Assembly (NCBI GenBank): GCA_002718345.1
Contig: PBDA01000016.1
Coordinates: forward strand, 4,072 to 68,071
DNA from: Rhodospirillaceae bacterium
Lineage (GTDB): Bacteria; Pseudomonadota; Gammaproteobacteria; Steroidobacterales; Rariloculaceae
Direction: 5' to 3'
DNA length: 64,000 nt
In this document: in pieces, positions 57,998 through 64,000 of the stretch
Numbering within the stretch: position 1 is the first letter of the stretch
How the letters are laid out: every line of letters begins with the position of its first letter
The notes under the pieces: generated by a model
The model's input: the letters and a program-made list of their open reading frames with translations, nothing else
Told to the model about the DNA's origin: nothing
Databases searched by the model: none
Made by a program: the position numbers and the translations under genes

Positions 57998-59393
57998 ATA
58001 CGGCGTGACTTCATTTTCAAAACATTTCTATGGTGATCAGGTTGCATTGTTAACAGTCCTGTTTGCAGGGGTACTGGTGGCAGCATTAGACATTGCTATT
58101 GTAGGGCCGGCTTTACCAGCTATTCAAAATCAATTTGGAGTTAATGGAAGGGAGATTTCATGGGTATTTAGCAGTTATATACTTTCAGGATTAATAAGTG
58201 CGCCATTAATGGCAAAACTTTCTGACAGGTATGGTCGCCGAAACGTATATCTCTTTGATATTTTAATTTTTGGAGCTGGTTCTTTGTTAGTGGCAGCTTC
58301 AACTAATTTTGAATTACTTCTATTTGGTAGGGTTGTTCAAGCAATTGGAGCTGGGGGTATTCTTCCTGTCGCAAGTGCTGTAATCGGGGATACTTTTCCA
58401 GAAAAGAGCCGAGGACCAGCATTGGGTTTAATTGGAGCTGTATTCGGTATTGCATTTTTATTAGGCCCTTTGTTTGGTGGGGTATTGCTCCAGTGGAGTT
58501 GGCGTTGGTTATTTTTAATAAACCTACCCATAGTATTACTGGTCTTCTGGAAAGCAAGACTTCTACTACCCTCGGTGTCTAAAGATGAAAAGCTTCCTTT
58601 CGATTGGATTGGCACCTCATTTTTGAGCATTTCTCTTCTTTCACTGTCAATAAGTATTAGTTGGATTGATGTAGACAATATTTTATTAGGTCTTAAAAAC
58701 CCTAAAGTTTCTGTCTTACTGATTGTTACGTTAGTTAGTATTTGCTTTTTTTGGCTTGCAGAAAATCGAGCTGTGGACCCAATTTTGCCTCCAAACCTAT
58801 TTCTTAAGCGTGAACTAAGACTTTTAGGTGTGATAGCAATAGGAACAGGTCTTGTTGAGGCAGGTATGATTTTTTTGCCATCATTTGCGGTAGTTGCATT
58901 CAATGTAGAAGAAGCTACTGCTAGCTTCATGTTAGTGCCTTTAGTATTTTCAATGATTCTTGGCGCACCTCTTGCTGGGTCATTAATCCCACGCATGGGG
59001 GTCAATAGGGTTATACAAGTAGGGCTGCTATTTGTCATTTTTGGTACATTTATTTTTTCAATTAATAATTTTAATACGATCATTTTTTATCTGGCTGGAT
59101 TTTTAATAGGTGTGGGTCTATCGGGTATTTTGGGAGCACCTTTGCGTTTTATAATTATTAAAGAAGTGCCAGTTAATCAAAGTGGCGCTGGGCAGGGGTT
59201 ATTGACAACCTTTTTAAGTATTGGACGTATATTAGGCGCGGCCGGCATTGGCGGTTTAATCTCTGTCAAGGCTGACGCATTAGACGGATATAAGTCAGCT
59301 TATCTGGTAGTTGGGATGATAATGATTATGATTTTTTTCTGTAGTTTATTTTTACGGTCATACAAACATGCAAATTCTGCTCAGAAAAACTAA
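57984..59393 (+). CDS. MFS transporter (DHA2-like)
   Basis: ALDIAIVGPALP; KLSDRYGRR; WRWLFLINLP. Confidence 0.9.
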   Translation: MVETRYGVTSFSKHFYGDQVALLTVLFAGVLVAALDIAIVGPALPAIQNQFGVNGREISWVFSSYILSGLISAPLMAKLSDRYGRRNVYLFDILIFGAGSLLVAASTNFELLLFGRVVQAIGAGGILPVASAVIGDTFPEKSRGPALGLIGAVFGIAFLLGPLFGGVLLQWSWRWLFLINLPIVLLVFWKARLLLPSVSKDEKLPFDWIGTSFLSISLLSLSISISWIDVDNILLGLKNPKVSVLLIVTLVSICFFWLAENRAVDPILPPNLFLKRELRLLGVIAIGTGLVEAGMIFLPSFAVVAFNVEEATASFMLVPLVFSMILGAPLAGSLIPRMGVNRVIQVGLLFVIFGTFIFSINNFNTIIFYLAGFLIGVGLSGILGAPLRFIIIKEVPVNQSGAGQGLLTTFLSIGRILGAAGIGGLISVKADALDGYKSAYLVVGMIMIMIFFCSLFLRSYKHANSAQKN

Positions 59394-59481
59394 AAATTCA
59401 ATAAGGCTTTATAGTGCTAGCGCTTCAGCCAATCGAAGTGCAGAATAACGAGTTCACGTAATGAGTTAATAAGGTGGAATC

Positions 59482-60153
59482 ATGAGAGATGATTGGATCG
59501 CACCATCAATTTTATCTGCTGATTTTGCACGCTTGGGTGATGAGGTTGAAAGTGTATTAAAGGCTGGAGCAGATCTTGTTCACTTTGATGTGATGGATAA
59601 TCATTATGTGCCAAACCTTACCATTGGCCCTATGGTTTGCGAGGCTTTGCGTGGTCACGGTATTACGGCACCTATTGATGTACATCTTATGGTGAGCCCG
59701 GTTGATAGGCTGGTAGAAGATTTTGCAAAGGCAGGCGCGAGCTATATTAGCTTTCATCCAGAGGCTAGTGACCATCCAGACCGTACTCTTCAGCTAATTA
59801 GGGATGTTGGATGTAAAAGTGGTTTGGTCTTTAATCCTGCAACAACAACAAGTTGGTTGGACCATGTGATTGATAAGGTAGACATGGTTTTACTCATGTC
59901 GGTTAACCCAGGGTTTGGGGGTCAAGAATTTATAAATACAACTTTGGAAAAATTGGTTTCAGTGCGTCAAATAATTGATCAATCTGAATTGCCTATACGA
60001 CTGGAAGTAGATGGTGGTGTTAAAGTTGAGAATATTGCAAAAGTAGCATCAGCTGGAGCAGATACATTTGTTGCTGGGTCAGCTATATTTGGGGCGGAGG
60101 ATTATTCAAGTATTATTGCTCAAATGAAAAGTGAGATCGCTTCAGTCAGGTAA
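59482..60153 (+). CDS. rpe: Ribulose-phosphate 3-epimerase
   Basis: APSILSADF; HFDVMDNH; [10 protein letters not shown]; VDGG. Confidence 0.97.
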   Translation: MRDDWIAPSILSADFARLGDEVESVLKAGADLVHFDVMDNHYVPNLTIGPMVCEALRGHGITAPIDVHLMVSPVDRLVEDFAKAGASYISFHPEASDHPDRTLQLIRDVGCKSGLVFNPATTTSWLDHVIDKVDMVLLMSVNPGFGGQEFINTTLEKLVSVRQIIDQSELPIRLEVDGGVKVENIAKVASAGADTFVAGSAIFGAEDYSSIIAQMKSEIASVR

Positions 60154-60407
60154 GACAAATGCTTGATGAACCAAGGAAGGTGCGATTTGATCGATAAAGA
60201 TATTCTTTAGATATCTCCCTCAATGCAGTTTTAGAATCTCTATTTTGAGATACATTAGAAAGCTAGAGGATTAGTTGCCTATTCTTGGTTTTATGTTGAT
60301 ATTCCTTCTTGAATATAGTTTTTGTAAGGGTTTGTGGCGGTCGAGTAGTGAGTTTTGTTAATTCTGTCTTGTAAAAGCAACAGTGATCAATGGAGATATA
60401 GCTAAAA

Positions 60408-62882
60408 GTGACTTGGACAGTTCATAAATTTGGTGGCACCAGTTTAGCTGATGCTAAATGCTTCCAGCAGGTAGCTAATATTGTTTTATCACAACCAGAT
60501 ACTAATCGTGCTGTTGTTGTTTCTGCGGTTGGCGGTGTAACTAATTTGCTTTTTAATCTCATTGAGACTGCATCGGCGCAGGAAACTACAAGTCAATTAA
60601 TAAATGAATTGCGAACTCGTTATGAAGTGATAGTCACAGAATTATTGACTGAGCAACAATCTATAGAATTTATGGGGCAATTTGAAAATGACTTGACTGA
60701 CATTGATAGTGTTCTAAAAGCATTATCTCTTGTAAAAGCTGCCTCCATTCGCAGCCAAGACATGGTGACTGGTTATGGAGAACTTTGGTCAGCTAGATTA
60801 CTTTCTGCTTTGTTTATGAATAGACAGGATGGTAAAAAAAATGTCCTGTTTGTTGATGCCCGAGATGTTTTAGTTGTTGAACCAGGTGAAATGGGGCCGA
60901 TAGTTTCTTGGGAGCCTACACAGAAAAATTTAGCCGAAAAAGTACCCTCTAACTTTCAAGGAACTATAGTCATTACAGGTTATATAGCCCGCAACTCAGA
61001 TGGATTGCAAACCACTCTTGGGAGAAATGGTAGTGACTATTCAGCATCAATATTTGGTGCACTTTTGGTTGCAAATGAGGTCAATATTTGGACTGATGTT
61101 GATGGAGTGATGAGTGGTGACCCGAGGAGGGTGCCAGAAGCTCAGGTTATTGATGAAATTTCATACAATGAAGCGATGGAATTGGCATATTTTGGAGCCA
61201 AAGTAATACATCCTCAGACAATGGCACCTGCAGTCAAACATGGCATTCCAATTCGTATAAGAAGTACTTTTAATCCGGATCATCCTGGAACTCAGATAAT
61301 CAAGGAAGTGAGCCAGCGAAAAAATCTTATCAAGGGCGTGAGCGGGATCGATAGTGTTGCACTAGTGAATCTAGAAGGCGCAGGCATGATCGGTGTGCGT
61401 GGAACAGCTGATAGACTTTTTGGTGCATTGCGTGCATCAAATGTTTCGGTGATGCTGATTTCTCAGGGTAGTTCAGAGCATTCAATTTGTTTTGCAGTTC
61501 CAAATAATTCTGCTGACCTTGTGAAAGCAATCGTTGAACAGGCTTTTTCTGTTGAACTTGCACAGGGCCAAATACAGAATGTAGAGGTTACAAATGAGTG
61601 TGGAGTTTTGGCAGTAGTAGGCGATGGGATGGCCGGCATTCCTGGAGTAGCTGGCAGATTCTTTCGTACACTTGGTAGCGCAGGAATAAATGTTAGAGCC
61701 ATTGCTCAGGGCGCTTCAGAACGTAATATTTCTGCTGTTATATCGGCTAAAGACATGACACGTGCGCTTAGAACTGTGCATGCTAGTTTTTATCTTTCTA
61801 CTAAGACTTTATCTATTGGGTTAATTGGTCCAGGTGCAGTAGGTAGTGCTCTATTGGATCAAATTAGCGGAGAAGTAAGTCGTCTTCGTAAGGTTTTTAA
61901 TTTGGACCTTAGGCTTCGAGCAATTGGAGGCTCTAAGAAAATGCTGCTTGATGAACAGTCAATAAATATTCAAAACTGGAAAGATAATCTAAGTTTAGGT
62001 GAAAAAATGAATATTGATCAGTTTGTTGAGCATGTTCAGGCTGATCATTTGCCACATGCTGTATTAATTGATTGTACTGCTGAATCATCAATTGCAGAAC
62101 AATATGCTAATTGGTTGCATCGCGGAATACATGTAATAACTCCTAATAAAAAGGCACATAGTGGGCTAAGTGATTATTACTCTTCTTTACAAAATATCAC
62201 AAAGACTGCAAACACTCATTTTCTATATGAGGCAACTGTAGGTGCTGGGTTGCCAGTCATTCAAACACTTAAGGATCTTGTTGAAACAGGCGATGAGATA
62301 TACAGCATTACGGGTATTTTTTCTGGAACTCTTTCATATCTATTTAATGTGTTTGATGGGAGTCGTCCGTTTTCAGAAATAGTTCGGGATGCTCGGGCGC
62401 ATGGCTACACGGAGCCAGATCCGAGAGATGATTTATCGGGTTTAGATGTTGCAAGGAAGGCTGTCATATTAGCACGTGAAGCAGGTCTTCAGATTGAACT
62501 TGATGATGTTCAAGTTGAGAGTTTAGTGCCAAATAAATTAATTGAATCTGATGTAAATGAATTTTTAGAAAAATTGTCAAATTTTGACGATGCATTGGGG
62601 AATCGTTATTTGAAAGCACATGAAGATGAACATGTATTACGTTATGTGGCTGATTTAGATTTGAAATCTAGGAAAATTTCAGTACGTTTGGAAGAATTTC
62701 CAATGAATCACCCTTTTGCGAGTATCAGCTCAACGGACAATATAGTTCAGTTTGTGACTAGGCGATATTGTGAAAACCCCTTGATAATTCGTGGTCCAGG
62801 AGCAGGCCCAGATGTAACAGCAGCAGGCATCTTTGCCGATCTTTTGCGCTTGTGCAGCATGTTAAGTGCTACAAACGATTAA
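60408..62882 (+). CDS. thrA: Bifunctional aspartokinase/homoserine dehydrogenase
   Basis: KFGGTS; TLGRNGSDYS; ACT domains; YEATVGAGLP; GPGAGPDVTA. Confidence 0.95.
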   Translation: MTWTVHKFGGTSLADAKCFQQVANIVLSQPDTNRAVVVSAVGGVTNLLFNLIETASAQETTSQLINELRTRYEVIVTELLTEQQSIEFMGQFENDLTDIDSVLKALSLVKAASIRSQDMVTGYGELWSARLLSALFMNRQDGKKNVLFVDARDVLVVEPGEMGPIVSWEPTQKNLAEKVPSNFQGTIVITGYIARNSDGLQTTLGRNGSDYSASIFGALLVANEVNIWTDVDGVMSGDPRRVPEAQVIDEISYNEAMELAYFGAKVIHPQTMAPAVKHGIPIRIRSTFNPDHPGTQIIKEVSQRKNLIKGVSGIDSVALVNLEGAGMIGVRGTADRLFGALRASNVSVMLISQGSSEHSICFAVPNNSADLVKAIVEQAFSVELAQGQIQNVEVTNECGVLAVVGDGMAGIPGVAGRFFRTLGSAGINVRAIAQGASERNISAVISAKDMTRALRTVHASFYLSTKTLSIGLIGPGAVGSALLDQISGEVSRLRKVFNLDLRLRAIGGSKKMLLDEQSINIQNWKDNLSLGEKMNIDQFVEHVQADHLPHAVLIDCTAESSIAEQYANWLHRGIHVITPNKKAHSGLSDYYSSLQNITKTANTHFLYEATVGAGLPVIQTLKDLVETGDEIYSITGIFSGTLSYLFNVFDGSRPFSEIVRDARAHGYTEPDPRDDLSGLDVARKAVILAREAGLQIELDDVQVESLVPNKLIESDVNEFLEKLSNFDDALGNRYLKAHEDEHVLRYVADLDLKSRKISVRLEEFPMNHPFASISSTDNIVQFVTRRYCENPLIIRGPGAGPDVTAAGIFADLLRLCSMLSATND

Positions 62883-62890
62883 TTTGTCAA

Positions 62891-64000
62891 ATGCAATATA
62901 TAAGCACTAATGGCATACATCAGACTGATCTAGTTAATGCAATTAACCAAGGTATTGCTCCAGATGGAAGACTTTATGTCCCAGAGGTACTACCAAGGTT
63001 TAGTCCAAGTAAACTACAAGGCGAATCTTTAACAGAAATAGCTGTTGAGATACTAAAGCCTTTTTTTGCTGGATCTTTTCTTGAGGATAGTTTGATAACT
63101 CTTTGCGAAGATGCATTTAATTTTTCAATTCCTCTTGAAGAGTTAGAGCGCGGAAAGTTATCCGTTTTAGAATTATTTCATGGTCCAACTGCTGCATTTA
63201 AGGATGTTGGAGCTAGATTTCTTGCGGCAGTTATGGAACGTTCTTTTGAAAAAACTGGCTTCAATGACAAAAGACCCTTAACAATTCTTGTAGCTACTTC
63301 TGGGGACACTGGAGGTGCTGTTGCATCAGCATTTCATGGACGAAGTGGTATTAGAGTGGCTATTTTATTTCCTAGAGGGCAGGTCTCGCCAAGACAAAAG
63401 CATCAACTTACATGTTGGGACGGTAATATTACTGCTTATGAAGTAAATGGAACCTTTGATCAATGCCAAGCTTTAGTTAAAAGTGCCTTTTCAGATGAAT
63501 GTATTCTTAAAGAGCATCGGTTGAGTGCTGCAAATAGCATTAACTTAGGACGTCTTCTTCCGCAAACGGTGTACCATGCTGCAGCTTCTATGTGGCATTG
63601 GCGCAAACATGGGTCTCCTGCAAGTTTTATTGTTCCTACAGGCAATCTAGGTAATGCGCTCGCCTGTATTTGGGCCCGTGCAATGGGATTGCCTATAGGT
63701 GAGATTGTTTTATCTACAAACTCGAATCAAGTTATTCCAGATTTTTTATCAACAGGACAATGGCAGCCACGTCATAGCATACAAACACTAGCTTCGGCTA
63801 TGGATGTTGGTGATCCAAGTAATATGGAACGTTTATTTAACCTTATTCCTGATTTTTCTGAGTTAAGGGGTTCTATAGAAGCTTATCCAATTGATGATGC
63901 AGCAATTAGAAAGCAGATTGCTGATGATTTTGTGAATAGGGGTAAAATTTGGTGTCCCCATACAGCTACAGGTTTTCGAGCTTATGATCAACTTCCCTTA
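62891..64000 (+). CDS. thrC: Threonine synthase (runs off the window end)
   Basis: Manual translation MQYISTNG...APDG.LY.P; ELFHGPTAAFKDVGARF; ATSGDTG; VPTGNLGN. Confidence 0.93.
   Translation, partial: MQYISTNGIHQTDLVNAINQGIAPDGRLYVPEVLPRFSPSKLQGESLTEIAVEILKPFFAGSFLEDSLITLCEDAFNFSIPLEELERGKLSVLELFHGPTAAFKDVGARFLAAVMERSFEKTGFNDKRPLTILVATSGDTGGAVASAFHGRSGIRVAILFPRGQVSPRQKHQLTCWDGNITAYEVNGTFDQCQALVKSAFSDECILKEHRLSAANSINLGRLLPQTVYHAAASMWHWRKHGSPASFIVPTGNLGNALACIWARAMGLPIGEIVLSTNSNQVIPDFLSTGQWQPRHSIQTLASAMDVGDPSNMERLFNLIPDFSELRGSIEAYPIDDAAIRKQIADDFVNRGKIWCPHTATGFRAYDQLPL

Noticed and set aside
58337-59083. 248-aa antisense ORF
   Set aside because: Shadow of the MFS gene; no motifs
60154-60407. 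Possible thr attenuator leader
   Set aside because: No Thr/Ile-rich leader peptide or terminator hairpin found
1-64000. CRISPR arrays, rRNA, transposases, prophage genes
   Set aside because: None recognised on reading

Overview
64 kb of AT-rich DNA (about 40% GC by spot counts) from a gammaproteobacterial chromosome, plausibly a marine lineage. Core blocks are lpdA, yebC-ruvCAB-ybgC-tolQRAB-pal-cpoB-queC-tRNA-Lys(TTT), rpe and thrA-thrC. They sit among accessory regions full of exported proteins: MBL-fold and serine hydrolases, LVIVD and NHL propellers, c-type cytochromes, DUF6152-type modules, a TolC/multicopper-oxidase operon and lipoprotein-plus-partner pairs. The standout signal is a ~1.3 kb stretch (43500-44822) with no GpC dinucleotide at all. 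It encodes an alanine-free, frameshifted DUF3427-like/HNH nuclease and a truncated alanine-free HIT protein. Other notable items are a GC-rich korAB pair, split and fused copies of a putative His-brace DUF6152 module, and several interrupted genes. All family calls come from motif recognition, not database searches.
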